64,000 nucleotides of DNA from positions 9,041-73,040 of the forward strand of contig DAIDJP010000019.1 of the NCBI GenBank assembly GCA_027451285.1, given 5' to 3'. The notes under the pieces are model-generated. The model was not told where the DNA came from. It ran no database searches and saw only the letters and a list, made by a program, of their open reading frames with translations. Positions 26,847 through 36,836 of the stretch are shown here, one piece after another (positions within the stretch are counted from its first letter, which is position 1; the number at the start of each line of letters is the position of its first letter). A program made the translations under genes and the position numbers. The DNA comes from Acidimicrobiaceae bacterium (lineage in GTDB: Bacteria > Actinomycetota > Acidimicrobiia > Acidimicrobiales > RAAP-2).

Positions 26847-27644
26847 ATGAGTGGAGATCCTCGGACCGCCATTCTGAGCCCGGACTTCATCTATTTCGGC
26901 GTCGCTCTCTCGATGGTTGGCTATCTCATCTACGTCCGTGATGTGCGCCGGGGGCGTGCGGACCCCGATCTCGTCTCGTGGGGACTCTGGACCGCCATTC
27001 CGCTGCTGGCGTTCGCAACGCAGCTGGTCGATGGCGTGGGCGTCGTGGCGCTCACGACGTTCGCCGCAGGTGTGGGTCCTGGACTGGTGCTCGTCGCCGC
27101 GGTTCGCTCCCCCCGCCCCCCGTACCGGCTGCACGTCATCGACTACCTGTGCGGGGCGATCGCGGTCGTCGGCGTGATCATCTGGATCACGACCGGAGAC
27201 CCGACGCTCGGCCTCTGGGCGTTCCTCGTGGGCCAGCTCGCGGCCGGTACCCCGACGTTGTTCAAGGTCTGGTTCGAGCCTGACTCCGAGAGCAAGACCA
27301 CCTACGTGATGGACATAGTGACCTCAGCCCTCGCCTTCTTGTGCGTCGCGCGCTTCTCCGTGGCGACCGCCGGGTTCGCGATCGTGGAGACCTCGGTGGC
27401 GGTGGCGGCTCTCACCATGTCGATTACGAAGATCGGGCATCGGGTTCACGGGATCCTGGACACGCCCGCGCACTCGGGCCACGAGGACGTTCTGGCCGAG
27501 CTGCCCCACGCCCACCGGCACCTGACGCACTTTCATCCGGTGCTTCGCCCGCACCTGCCCGAGCACCGCCCGCGATACTTCGAGCATCTGAGCCGGCTTC
27601 GCGACGAACTCGCGCGTCTCCAGGCGCAGGACGGTCAGGGATGA
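26847..27644 (+). CDS. Multi-pass membrane protein with His-rich C-terminal tail
   Basis: About 7 hydrophobic helices; tail with 12 His in about 50 aa. Confidence 0.7.
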   Translation: MSGDPRTAILSPDFIYFGVALSMVGYLIYVRDVRRGRADPDLVSWGLWTAIPLLAFATQLVDGVGVVALTTFAAGVGPGLVLVAAVRSPRPPYRLHVIDYLCGAIAVVGVIIWITTGDPTLGLWAFLVGQLAAGTPTLFKVWFEPDSESKTTYVMDIVTSALAFLCVARFSVATAGFAIVETSVAVAALTMSITKIGHRVHGILDTPAHSGHEDVLAELPHAHRHLTHFHPVLRPHLPEHRPRYFEHLSRLRDELARLQAQDGQG

Positions 27645-27676
27645 CTCACCGCGAACTAGGCCCGTACGAAGAGAGA

Positions 27677-28501
27677 TCAGACCACGGCCCGACCCGACCC
27701 CAGGCGTCGGCGGGTGTCGGCGAGGACCCAGTTGAGGGGAAAGTGGCGCAGCGGTGCGGGCAGCGCTCGCCAGAGCCGGGTGAGTGACGCGACGAGCACG
27801 TGCGCGACGCGCTCGCGCCGATGTCCCCAGGTCAGACCCAGCTCGCGGCGCAGAACCTCGGGAAGGAAGTAGGAGACGAGAAGTTCGTTCACCGGCCCGA
27901 GGACGACGGCCAGGGGGCGTGGGAGGAACTCCAGGCGGACGAAGGAGCGAAGGTAGTTGCCCGTCACGTCGTCGAAGCCGGCCTGGTCCATCTGCTGCGC
28001 CCAGTAGCGCTCGAAGGCCGCGCGGTCGCGCGGCCACCAACCCTCGGGAACCTGCAGGGTCGTGCCCAGGCGCTCGGCGACCCGGTAGAGCTCTTCGTCG
28101 GCCGCGGCGAGCTCGACGCCGGCGAGTTCGACGGCCTGGCGCGATCCCTGGTAGAGGCAGGCCGCGATCCAGCCCTGCAGGTCGGGGTCGAAGGCGCTGT
28201 AGGCCACCGGGTCGTCGGGTGCGGACCGTACGCGTGCGTGGGACCGGTCGATCTCGCGGCGCAGGGCGAGGCGTTCGGCGTCGGTGCCGAAGACGGCGAT
28301 GGCGAGGAAGGCCAGCGTCGTGCGCGTGCGCTTGATCGGGTGGTGAGTGAGGGCCCCCTCGGTCACCGGGCTGCGCGCGACCGCGTGGCCCACCGGGAGC
28401 TGGCTGAGCTGCATCACGACGTTGGCACCGGCCGGCAGGAGCGCCATACCACTCATCAGCGCGTCGCCCAGTCGAGGGCTCAGTTCGGGGACGCTTCTCA
28501 C
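27677..28501 (-). CDS. Oxygenase MpaB / DUF2236 family protein
   Basis: ANVVMQL, HPIKRTRTT, H--VRS, Y-AFDP-LQ-WIAACLY; leaderless TACGCT 6 nt before GTG 28501. Confidence 0.85.
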   Translation of the reverse strand: MRSVPELSPRLGDALMSGMALLPAGANVVMQLSQLPVGHAVARSPVTEGALTHHPIKRTRTTLAFLAIAVFGTDAERLALRREIDRSHARVRSAPDDPVAYSAFDPDLQGWIAACLYQGSRQAVELAGVELAAADEELYRVAERLGTTLQVPEGWWPRDRAAFERYWAQQMDQAGFDDVTGNYLRSFVRLEFLPRPLAVVLGPVNELLVSYFLPEVLRRELGLTWGHRRERVAHVLVASLTRLWRALPAPLRHFPLNWVLADTRRRLGSGRAVV

Positions 28502-28572
28502 GGGCTCAGCGTAGGATGACCGACCGGGGCCGCGCGACGTCATGGAGCGAGCCCGGTGACCGAGGAGCGATC

Positions 28573-29193
28573 ATGTCCGACGCGCAGGCGAGTCAGCCAC
28601 CCACAGCGAGTCCCTGGGACGAGCGCTACCGCACCCACCCCTGGCCCACCGAGCCGGACCGCGAGCTCGTCGAGCTGGTGACGACGCTCGCGCCCGGCAC
28701 CGCTCTCGACCTCGGCTGCGGCACGGGGCGCAACGCGCTGTGGCTGGCGAGTCAGGGTTGGCGGGTGACCGGCGTCGACTCCTCGAGCGTGGGGCTCGAG
28801 ATCGCCAAGGCTCGCGCCGGCGATCAGTCCCTCGTCGCCGACTGGGTCCTGGCCGATCTCATGACGTACTCGCCGGACGCGCCCGTCGATCTCGTGGTGA
28901 TGGCCAACATCCATCCGGCGCCGCAGGAGCGGGCCGAACTCTTCACCCGTGTGGCCACCGCGGTGGCGCCCGGCGGACACCTCTACGTGATTGGTCACCA
29001 CGTCGAGGCGCTCGGGGTGGCCGGCCCACCAGACCCGGCTCGCCTCTACACCGAGGACACGCTGCGCGACGCGTTCGCCGGGCTGCGCGTGGAGCGCTTG
29101 GCGCGCATCGACCGTCCGGCCGAGGGTGAGGGTCCCGCCGTCGTGGACGTCGTGCTCTGGGCGAGGCGTCCGTCGCTCGGCGAGTCCTCGTAG
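28573..29193 (+). CDS. Class I SAM-dependent methyltransferase
   Basis: WDERY, ALDLGCGTGRNALWLA--GW-VTGVD; GAGGAG SD. Confidence 0.9.
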   Translation: MSDAQASQPPTASPWDERYRTHPWPTEPDRELVELVTTLAPGTALDLGCGTGRNALWLASQGWRVTGVDSSSVGLEIAKARAGDQSLVADWVLADLMTYSPDAPVDLVVMANIHPAPQERAELFTRVATAVAPGGHLYVIGHHVEALGVAGPPDPARLYTEDTLRDAFAGLRVERLARIDRPAEGEGPAVVDVVLWARRPSLGESS

Positions 29194-29218
29194 GCCTTCA
29201 TCGCAGAGACATCGTCAA

Positions 29219-29515
29219 CTAGTTCGTCGGGCGCACCATTGCGCGCTGGCAGACTCGAGCCCGCCAGGTGCTCAGGCCGGCGAGAACCGTAGCCGCGACG
29301 GCCAACCAGGCCCAGGCGCTGCCGATGGCGAAGAGCGCGGCGGCGATGAGAGTGAGCTCGACGCAGATGACCGCGACCATGCCGAACGCGTAGGGACCGT
29401 ACTCGCGGGCTGCTTGGGTGACCTTGTCGGACTCGGCTGCGTGGTGGGTCCAGAAGGTGCGCAGCACCGCCCGCTTCTCGGTGAACGTGCAACTGCGGTA
29501 GGTCGCGAGCCCCAC
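29219..29515 (-). CDS. Small two-TM membrane protein (98 aa)
   Basis: C-terminal part of ORF 29219..29917; TACCAT -10 exactly 6 nt before GTG 29515; two hydrophobic helices. Confidence 0.55.
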   Translation of the reverse strand: MGLATYRSCTFTEKRAVLRTFWTHHAAESDKVTQAAREYGPYAFGMVAVICVELTLIAAALFAIGSAWAWLAVAATVLAGLSTWRARVCQRAMVRPTN

Positions 29516-29561
29516 ACGGACATGGTACCGAGCGCGTCGTGACGGCACCCGGCGGTCGCGA

Positions 29562-30479
29562 CTAGTGAGAGTGGCCGCGGGACTCGCGCAGCTTGTCGGC
29601 CAGGTGCTCCCACTCGCGGCTGAAGCGATACGAGTGCTGGACGGGCGGCTGGGGAGCCTGGGTCTCGATCCAGCGCACCAAGCCGTCACTACGATTCTCG
29701 AATCCGTGGTCGGCTCCGACACCGGCCCACAGCACGTCGCCGGGGTGCAGTACCAGTTCGTCCCCGTCGACCAGGGCGTGGACTTCGCCCTCGACGAAGA
29801 TGTAGGCCTCCTCGAAGGGATGGTCGTGCGGGTGGGCGATGGCCGTGGGCTGGTAGTCGACGATGAACATCGTGTGTAGCTGGGCGCCGACGCGCTGGTC
29901 GATGAGCATACGCACACCGATGCCGCTGTAGGCGAGCAGCGCGGTCGCCATGCTCGGCGACGCGGTCGGGTCGGCGACCGGCGCGCCGTGGGCGAGCTTC
30001 TTCAGGTCCATCGAGGACGCGTCGAAGCGCACCGCGTGCTGATTGCGCGGGTCGCGCATGTCGGGCACGACGGATGCAGATTCGGCGAGGGTGTCACCGG
30101 TGAAGAACGTGTCCTCACGCCGACCGTCGTCGAATTCACCCGGGGCGCTCATCTGCAGCCAGCGCGGCGAACCTTCGACCGCGCGCAGGGCGTACGTGAC
30201 GCCGACGGGGATCACGATGGCGTGATCCTTCCCGAGGTGCGTCGTTTCACCGAGCATGGTCACGGCGAGGATTCCGTCAAAGACGTAGAGGCTCACCTCG
30301 AAGGAGTGCACCACGGCGTCGACATGGCCCCCGGTGGCGAGGTGACTCACCGAGAGGCTCATGTGGGGCGAACCCGTGGCGCGACTGATGAGGACCTGCT
30401 GACGGAGCCCGTCGCTCGAGCCTGCGTACTTCGCCGGGGCCGTGGCCGCGTTGTCGTCGATGCGTGTGACGTAGTACAT
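29562..30479 (-). CDS. Bicupin (cupin domain) protein
   Basis: Two cupin motifs: VHSFEVSLYVFDG and HPHDHPFEEAYIFVEG ... HGFEN; AAAGGA SD. Confidence 0.85.
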   Translation of the reverse strand: MYYVTRIDDNAATAPAKYAGSSDGLRQQVLISRATGSPHMSLSVSHLATGGHVDAVVHSFEVSLYVFDGILAVTMLGETTHLGKDHAIVIPVGVTYALRAVEGSPRWLQMSAPGEFDDGRREDTFFTGDTLAESASVVPDMRDPRNQHAVRFDASSMDLKKLAHGAPVADPTASPSMATALLAYSGIGVRMLIDQRVGAQLHTMFIVDYQPTAIAHPHDHPFEEAYIFVEGEVHALVDGDELVLHPGDVLWAGVGADHGFENRSDGLVRWIETQAPQPPVQHSYRFSREWEHLADKLRESRGHSH

Positions 30480-30514
30480 GTCGTCCTTTCGTGGCCGTGG
30501 GCGGCCGCTCGTAG

Positions 30515-31216
30515 CTACTTGAGAAGCCAGCCGCCGTCCATGGCGAGATTCACGCCGTTCACGCCGGAGTTGTCGAGGAGAAACTCGACGGAGTGCACGA
30601 TCTCGCCCATGGTCACAAGTCGCCCGAGCGGGGTGCGGCTGATGATGTGGCTGTTGTCCTTGTTCTCCCAGTAGGGGCTGTCGCCAATGATGCCCGGGTG
30701 CACCGCGTTGATCCGAACCGGGGCGAGCTCACAGGCCAGAGAGTTCACGATGCCGACCACGCCGCCGTTCACCGTGGAGACCGTCGTCGAGCCGGGATAG
30801 GGCCGCTCGAGGGCGAGTCCTCCGAAGAGGACGACCGACGCGGTGGGGGTGAAGCGCTCACGCAAGACGTGGATCGCCTCGGTGTAGCCGACCAACTTGA
30901 GTGTGACCAGTCGGATGGCGCGTTCGACGCTGTAGTCGGCGAGGGTGTTCGAGTCACGCTCGATGGCGGCGATCACGAGGTCGTCGACGCGATCGACGTC
31001 GGCGAGCGCGGTGGCGATGGTCTCGGGCTGTGAGAGATCCACCGCTAGGGGCATGGTCCCCATGCCGATCTCGTCGGCCGCGCGGCGGGCGCTGTCGGTC
31101 GTGCGCCCCGACAGGTACACGCGCTTTCCCTTGGATGCCAGTGTTCGCACGATCTCCCGGCCGATTCCCTGCGTGCCGCCGAGCACTACGGCGGTGTGTG
31201 CTGTCTGGTCTGGCAT
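30515..31216 (-). CDS. SDR family oxidoreductase (atypical)
   Basis: LGGTQGIG, ELAPVRINAVHPG, DGGW. Confidence 0.9.
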   Translation of the reverse strand: MPDQTAHTAVVLGGTQGIGREIVRTLASKGKRVYLSGRTTDSARRAADEIGMGTMPLAVDLSQPETIATALADVDRVDDLVIAAIERDSNTLADYSVERAIRLVTLKLVGYTEAIHVLRERFTPTASVVLFGGLALERPYPGSTTVSTVNGGVVGIVNSLACELAPVRINAVHPGIIGDSPYWENKDNSHIISRTPLGRLVTMGEIVHSVEFLLDNSGVNGVNLAMDGGWLLK

Positions 31217-31398
31217 GTCGATCCCCCACGGTCGTTAAGTAGTAACGAACAATATGCGACATCGGAGGGCGTCGGAAGGGGTTCATCGATTTCCTGAGAA
31301 GTCTTTACGAAAACGAGTGTCTGACGCGTTTATCGTTCGCACCGGCGGGAAGGGGATGGCCCACTAGCGACGTCCGACCCGAAAGTGTCAAGTGTGAG

Positions 31399-31426
31399 TT
31401 GACAAGGTGAACACCGGTGCTACCAT
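31399..31426 (+). promoter_or_regulatory. Primary-sigma promoter of the amidohydrolase gene
   Basis: TTGACA (31399) -16 nt- TACCAT (31421); spacer contains GTGAACACCGGT. Confidence 0.6.
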
Positions 31427-31471
31427 CCCTCAGAACACTTGACATCCGAGACCTAGTTGGGGGGGACCACT

Positions 31472-32917
31472 ATGGCCGCAAATCCTACGAGTTCGACGGG
31501 ACAGTCGCTGGCACCGGGTCGGCCGATCGTCTTTCGCAACGGCCTCGTCTTGACCATGGACGACGCTCACCACGTGCTGAAGAACGCGGACGTGCTCGTC
31601 GTCGATGGGTTGGTCCGGTCGGTGGGCGTCGGACTCGACGCCCCCGCCGACGCTCTGGAGATCGACGCGACGGACGGCATCCTGATGCCGGGCATGATCG
31701 ACACCCATCGGCACATGTGGCAGACGGCCATGCGGGCCTACGGCGCGGACTGGACGCTGTCGCAGTACTTCGTGTGGTACTACCTTCAGCACGGTAAGGC
31801 GTTCCGCCCGCAGGACGTCTACGCCGGCAACCTTCTGTCGGCGATCGAGGCGATCGACGCGGGAGTGACGACCAGTGTGGACTGGTCCCACGGGCTGCAG
31901 ACCACCGAGCACGCCGACGCCGCCGTCGACGCCCTTGAGGCGATCCCGGGTCGGTTCATCCTCGCCTACGGAAACATCCAGCGCGGGCCGTGGGAGTGGT
32001 CGACGGAGAAGGCCTTCAAGGACTTCTACTCACGACGCATCGACGGCAAGGGCGACATGCTCGGCTTCCAGCTGGCCTTCGACGTCACGGGCGATCCCGA
32101 GTTCCCCGAGCGAGCCGCGTTCGAGGTCGCCCGCGAACTGGGAGTCGGCGTCACGACGCACACCGGCGTGCGCGGAGCCACCGGCGACGACAGCGTGCGC
32201 CTCATGTACGAGAACGGGTTTGTTGGCCCGGACACGGTTTTCGTGCACGCGTCCACGTTGTCCAACGACTCGTATCACCGGATCGCCGCCTGCGGTGGTT
32301 CGGTCTCGGTGTCCACCGAGAGCGAGCAGAGCGCGGGTCAGGGTTACCCGTCGTCGTGGAAGGTCCGCCAGTACGACATCCCGATCTCCCTCTCACAGGA
32401 CACGAGCGTGTGGTGGAGCGCCGACCTCTTCTCCGCCATGCGCACGACCCTCGGTGCAGACCGCTCACGACAGCACTTCGAAGCCCATCTGCGCGACGAC
32501 ACGGTGACCAACCTCGACTTGCGCTGCGAGGAGGTTGTCGACTGGGCGACCCGGGGCGGTAGCAAGGCGCTGGGGATGGACTCTCTCATCGGGAGCATTG
32601 AAGTGGGAAAGAAAGCTGACATCGTTCTGATCAAGAACGACGAGTCGCCGGTCATGTTCCCCATCGTGCACCCCTACGGTCACGTCTCCATGCAGGCGCA
32701 GCGCGGTGACGTTCACACGGTCGTGATCAACGGCAACATCGTCAAGCACGAGCACAAACTGGTCGGCGTCGATCTGGCACGTGCCAAGACGGTGGTTGAG
32801 GAGACGGTCGACTACCTGACCAGCACCTTGGGCGAGTCGGAGTGGGACGCGGGGATGCACCCTGAGGTTCCCGAGAAACAGAAGTTCGAGAATCCCTACA
32901 CCTACGACAAGCGCTGA
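31472..32917 (+). CDS. Metal-dependent amidohydrolase/deaminase (AtzA/SAH-deaminase-like)
   Basis: PGMIDTHRHMWQ, THTG, VHAS, SLSQD, GSIEVGKKADIV. Confidence 0.9.
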   Translation: MAANPTSSTGQSLAPGRPIVFRNGLVLTMDDAHHVLKNADVLVVDGLVRSVGVGLDAPADALEIDATDGILMPGMIDTHRHMWQTAMRAYGADWTLSQYFVWYYLQHGKAFRPQDVYAGNLLSAIEAIDAGVTTSVDWSHGLQTTEHADAAVDALEAIPGRFILAYGNIQRGPWEWSTEKAFKDFYSRRIDGKGDMLGFQLAFDVTGDPEFPERAAFEVARELGVGVTTHTGVRGATGDDSVRLMYENGFVGPDTVFVHASTLSNDSYHRIAACGGSVSVSTESEQSAGQGYPSSWKVRQYDIPISLSQDTSVWWSADLFSAMRTTLGADRSRQHFEAHLRDDTVTNLDLRCEEVVDWATRGGSKALGMDSLIGSIEVGKKADIVLIKNDESPVMFPIVHPYGHVSMQAQRGDVHTVVINGNIVKHEHKLVGVDLARAKTVVEETVDYLTSTLGESEWDAGMHPEVPEKQKFENPYTYDKR

Positions 32918-33047
32918 TCAATGCGCGGAGATGGTGCGCTGCGTTGACCTGGCCGATCGGTGGCGACTCGCGGGCGCGAGCGCGTCACGACGCGGCTCGA
33001 GCCCGTCAAACCTGAGAATTTCAACGAAATTATCTGTTCACCTGTAC

Positions 33048-33076
33048 TTGACACGTTCAGTGAACATCGGTAGTGT
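33048..33076 (+). promoter_or_regulatory. Primary-sigma promoter of the ABC importer operon
   Basis: TTGACA (33048) -17 nt- TAGTGT (33071); spacer contains GTGAACATCGGT. Confidence 0.6.
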
Positions 33077-33171
33077 CACCCCGTTGACCGTGAATCGGTC
33101 CTCGCTGGGGGCGGCGGTTGACGCAAGTCGTGCGTGAGGTGCGTTCGACGTATATGAGGGGGGAAGCACCA

Positions 33172-34179
33172 ATGGTGAAATCCAAATTGCGCTGGCTGTC
33201 ATCGGCAGCCGTGGGCGCAATATGCGTGTCGACGACGCTGGTTGGTATCAGCGCGTCGGCTCAGGCGGCGGTCAAGAAGCACAAGGTGTACCACGTCGCC
33301 TACATGTCCTACGCCGTGGCCAACAGCTACGACGCGCCGATGCTGGCCGCCGCCAAGGCCGTCGCGGCCGCGAGCGGTGTTCAGGTCACCGTGTTCGACG
33401 CGAACAACAGCCCGGCCACCCAGGTGTCCCAGCTCCAGGACGTCATGAGCTCGGGCAAGTACCAGGGCGTCGTGCTTCAGCCGATCTATGGCGCCGCGGA
33501 GATCGCCACCGTCCAGCAGGTCATCAGGCACGGGATCAAGGTCGTCAACATCGACCAGATCCTGGGCAAGAAGTACACGACCGATCAGATCCAGGTAAAG
33601 GGCCTCTCGGGCAACGTGGTGTTCTTCCCGTCCAAGATCGGCACGCAGCTCGCGGTCCTCGCGAACAAGGCCTGCAACGGTGCGAATCCCTGCAAGATCG
33701 GCCTCGTCCACAACTACAAGGGCTACGAACCCGACGTCGCGGTGTCGGCGGCTTTCGAGAGCCAGCTGGCGAAGTACCCGAATGACTCGGTGGTGGCAGA
33801 AGTGGACGGCCTCTACCAGGTCGGCGCCTCGACCACGCAGGTCCAGAACATGATCCAGGCCAACGCCGGCCTCAACGTGATCGTCGGCTCGGACCAGAAC
33901 TGCGAGGGCGCACAGATCGCCCTGGGAACGAGCACCACGACGAAGCTCGTGTGCTACGGCGCGAGCGCGGCGAGCGTGCCCGGCCTCAAGAGCGGCCTGT
34001 GGTTCGCGGACGTCGCTCAGATGCCGGCGACCGAGGGTCAGCTCGGGATGCAGATGGTGATCCGGGCGATGAAGACGGGCAAGCCCCAGGGTTCACGCAA
34101 CCCGGTAGCGGGCCTGCCCAACGGCGGCATCATCACGAAGGCCAACCTGAAGAACTTCACCCCCGAGTGGCCGGGTTGA
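33172..34179 (+). CDS. Sugar-type (RbsB-like) ABC substrate-binding protein
   Basis: Signal peptide; VFDANNSPATQVSQLQD; periplasmic binding protein type I pattern. Confidence 0.9.
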   Translation: MVKSKLRWLSSAAVGAICVSTTLVGISASAQAAVKKHKVYHVAYMSYAVANSYDAPMLAAAKAVAAASGVQVTVFDANNSPATQVSQLQDVMSSGKYQGVVLQPIYGAAEIATVQQVIRHGIKVVNIDQILGKKYTTDQIQVKGLSGNVVFFPSKIGTQLAVLANKACNGANPCKIGLVHNYKGYEPDVAVSAAFESQLAKYPNDSVVAEVDGLYQVGASTTQVQNMIQANAGLNVIVGSDQNCEGAQIALGTSTTTKLVCYGASAASVPGLKSGLWFADVAQMPATEGQLGMQMVIRAMKTGKPQGSRNPVAGLPNGGIITKANLKNFTPEWPG

Positions 34180-34237
34180 TCTCGGTCTCTCCAGGCCGTC
34201 ACCCGGAAGTCGACTGAACTAGCGGTCCTGGTCCTCC

Positions 34238-35782
34238 ATGACAGACATCACTCCCACGGGGGGCCCCGGTCGCTCCGCCGAGCACCCCGGTGACGACATC
34301 GTCGTCACCGGGGTGTCGAAGCGGTTCGGTGGGGTGCCGGCCCTCAGCGACGTCGCGGTGACCATCCGCGCCGGTGAGGTTCACGCGCTGATCGGCGAGA
34401 ACGGGGCCGGCAAGTCCACGCTGGGCAAGATCATCTCGGGTGTCATCGAACCGGATGACGGGACGTTGACCCTGGGCGATCGGCCCCTTCACTTACGATC
34501 GCCGCGCGAGGCTATGGCCCACGGAATCGTGACCATCGCCCAGGAGCTCGCGATCGTTCCGAGCCTCAGTGTCGCCGAGAACGTCTACCTCGGCGCTGAA
34601 GTGGCCAGGGGGGGCTTCGTGCGCCGACGCGAGGCGCGCCGGCGATTCCGTCAGCTCGTCGAGCGGGTCGGCTTCGACCTGCAGCCCGACGTGCCCGCAG
34701 GCACACTGTCGACGGCCGACAAGCAGAAAGTGGAGATCATGCGCGCGCTGTCGCGCAACGCCTCCTTCGTGATCATGGACGAGCCCTCCGCCGCGCTGTC
34801 TAGCCATGAGACGGCGGCTCTGCACGAGATCATTCGCTCACTCGCGCGTGGCGGCACCGCGGTGGTGCTGATCTCGCACTTCCTCTCCGAGGTCCTCGCC
34901 CTCGCCGATACCATCACGACTCTGCGCGACGGTCACCTCGTTCGTACCGTCGACGCGAAGGGCGCCACCGAGGAGATGCTCATCGAAGGCATGCTCGGTC
35001 GGTCCCTCTCGGCGGCGTTCCCCGAGAAGATCTCCGCGCCGGCGGACGCGGCGGTCGTGCTCGAGGTGCGCGACCTGAAGGCTCCGCGAGTCGACGGCTG
35101 CTCCTTTAGTCTGCGTCGAGGCGAGATCCTGGGGATCGCCGGTCTGGTCGGAGCGGGGCGTTCCGAGCTCGCGCGAGCGATATTTCGCGACGCGAAGGTC
35201 TCCGCCGGCGACGTGCGCCTGGGTGGCGACGCCTTGGGCGGCCACAGCCCGCGCCGCTCGATTCGGCGCGGGCTCGTACTCATCCCCGAGTCGCGCAAGG
35301 AGTTGGGACTTCTCATGGGCCGCTCGGTGCGCGAGAACGTCTCGCTGTCGCGCCTCGACCTCGTGAGCCGACTCGGTTGGGTGTCGCGCCTTCGCGAGCG
35401 GCGACTGGTCGGCCAACTCATGGAGAGGACCACGGTGAGGGCCGCGAGCATGTCCCTGCCGGCCAACATGCTGTCGGGCGGGAACCAGCAGAAGCTCCTC
35501 TTCGCGCGATCGGTCATGTGCACTCCGTCGGTCCTGATCGCCGACGAGCCCACGCGAGGAGTCGACGTCGGCTCCAAGCGAGCGATCTACGACCTCTTGA
35601 CGGAGATGGCTCGCGAGGGAATGGGAATCATCGTCATTTCCTCCGAGCTCGAAGAGGTGATCGGCCTCGCCCACCGAGTGCTGGTGATGCGCCACGGTCG
35701 GATCATGGCCGAGCTCGTGGGGGACGACATACACGAAGAGGCGGTTCTCGCAGCCGCCTTCGCCGAGACCAGCGCGAGCTGA
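34238..35782 (+). CDS. Sugar ABC transporter ATP-binding protein (RbsA-like, double NBD)
   Basis: GENGAGKST, MDEPS, LSGGNQQK, DEPTRGVDVG. Confidence 0.95.
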   Translation: MTDITPTGGPGRSAEHPGDDIVVTGVSKRFGGVPALSDVAVTIRAGEVHALIGENGAGKSTLGKIISGVIEPDDGTLTLGDRPLHLRSPREAMAHGIVTIAQELAIVPSLSVAENVYLGAEVARGGFVRRREARRRFRQLVERVGFDLQPDVPAGTLSTADKQKVEIMRALSRNASFVIMDEPSAALSSHETAALHEIIRSLARGGTAVVLISHFLSEVLALADTITTLRDGHLVRTVDAKGATEEMLIEGMLGRSLSAAFPEKISAPADAAVVLEVRDLKAPRVDGCSFSLRRGEILGIAGLVGAGRSELARAIFRDAKVSAGDVRLGGDALGGHSPRRSIRRGLVLIPESRKELGLLMGRSVRENVSLSRLDLVSRLGWVSRLRERRLVGQLMERTTVRAASMSLPANMLSGGNQQKLLFARSVMCTPSVLIADEPTRGVDVGSKRAIYDLLTEMAREGMGIIVISSELEEVIGLAHRVLVMRHGRIMAELVGDDIHEEAVLAAAFAETSAS

Positions 35783-35791
35783 GGAGACGAC

Positions 35792-36805
35792 ATGAGCAAC
35801 GCTACCGAGCAGAACACGATCGAGTCCCACGAGCTGGAATCGCGTGAGGGACTGCGCTCGGGATCGGCCCGACTGATGAGGTCCTGGAGGATGGCGGGGA
35901 TCTTCATTCCCTTCCTGATGCTCTTCATCATCCTCTCGGTGACGAGCTCCGCGTTCTTGCACACCACGAATCTGATCAACATCCTCGACCAGCAGGCCTC
36001 GACGTTGTGCATCGCGGCGGCTGGAACGCTGGTGCTCGTGGCGGGGGGCATCGACCTCTCGGTGGGGTCGACCTACGCCTTCGCGGGAGTGACGGCGGGC
36101 GAGATCGGCCAGCACCACTCGATATTCCTCGCCATCGGCGCGGCGATCGCCGTGGGTCTCCTGGTCGGACTGATCAACGGTGTCATCGTCACCGTCTTCA
36201 AGATCAGTCCGTTGATCACGACTCTGGCGATGTCCTACGTGATCCAGGGGGCGGCGTTGAAGGTCACCAGCGGCAACCTCATCCTCACCGGCACCATCCC
36301 CGGGTTCACGACGTTCGCGACCGCCCAGTTCCTGGGGGTGCCGAGCGCGGTGTGGATGACGATCGTCTTCGTCGTCATCGTGTCGCTCCTGCTCTCGCGA
36401 ACGACCTTTGGCCGTTACGTCGTCGCCGCAGGAGGCAACGCCGAGGCGGCTCGCCTGGCGGGCGTTCGAGTCGGCGGCATCAAGATCACGACGTTCGTCT
36501 TGAGCGGGGTAGCCGCCGCACTGGGCGGGGTGATCGACGCCGCGCGCCTCGGCAGCATCCTCGCCTCGAGTGGCGGCGCCGCCCTGTCGTTCACCGTCCT
36601 CGCCGGGATCGTCGTCGGAGGAACGTCGATCGCCGGTGGCGAAGGATCAGGATGGCGTACGGCGATCGGCGTGCTCTTCATTGCTCTCATCGGCAACGGT
36701 TTCGACCTCTTGGGAGTGGACCCGAACTGGCAGCAGATCGTCCTCGGGTTGATCCTGCTGGTGGCGGTGGGCCTCGACATGTGGGCGCGACGGACTCGTC
36801 GATGA
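35792..36805 (+). CDS. Sugar ABC transporter permease (RbsC-like)
   Basis: GGIDLSVG, GGNAEAARLAG, VVGGTSIAGGEG. Confidence 0.95.
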   Translation: MSNATEQNTIESHELESREGLRSGSARLMRSWRMAGIFIPFLMLFIILSVTSSAFLHTTNLINILDQQASTLCIAAAGTLVLVAGGIDLSVGSTYAFAGVTAGEIGQHHSIFLAIGAAIAVGLLVGLINGVIVTVFKISPLITTLAMSYVIQGAALKVTSGNLILTGTIPGFTTFATAQFLGVPSAVWMTIVFVVIVSLLLSRTTFGRYVVAAGGNAEAARLAGVRVGGIKITTFVLSGVAAALGGVIDAARLGSILASSGGAALSFTVLAGIVVGGTSIAGGEGSGWRTAIGVLFIALIGNGFDLLGVDPNWQQIVLGLILLVAVGLDMWARRTRR

Positions 36806-36836
36806 CGCGTGACCTGTAATTGACCTAGGAGGAATC

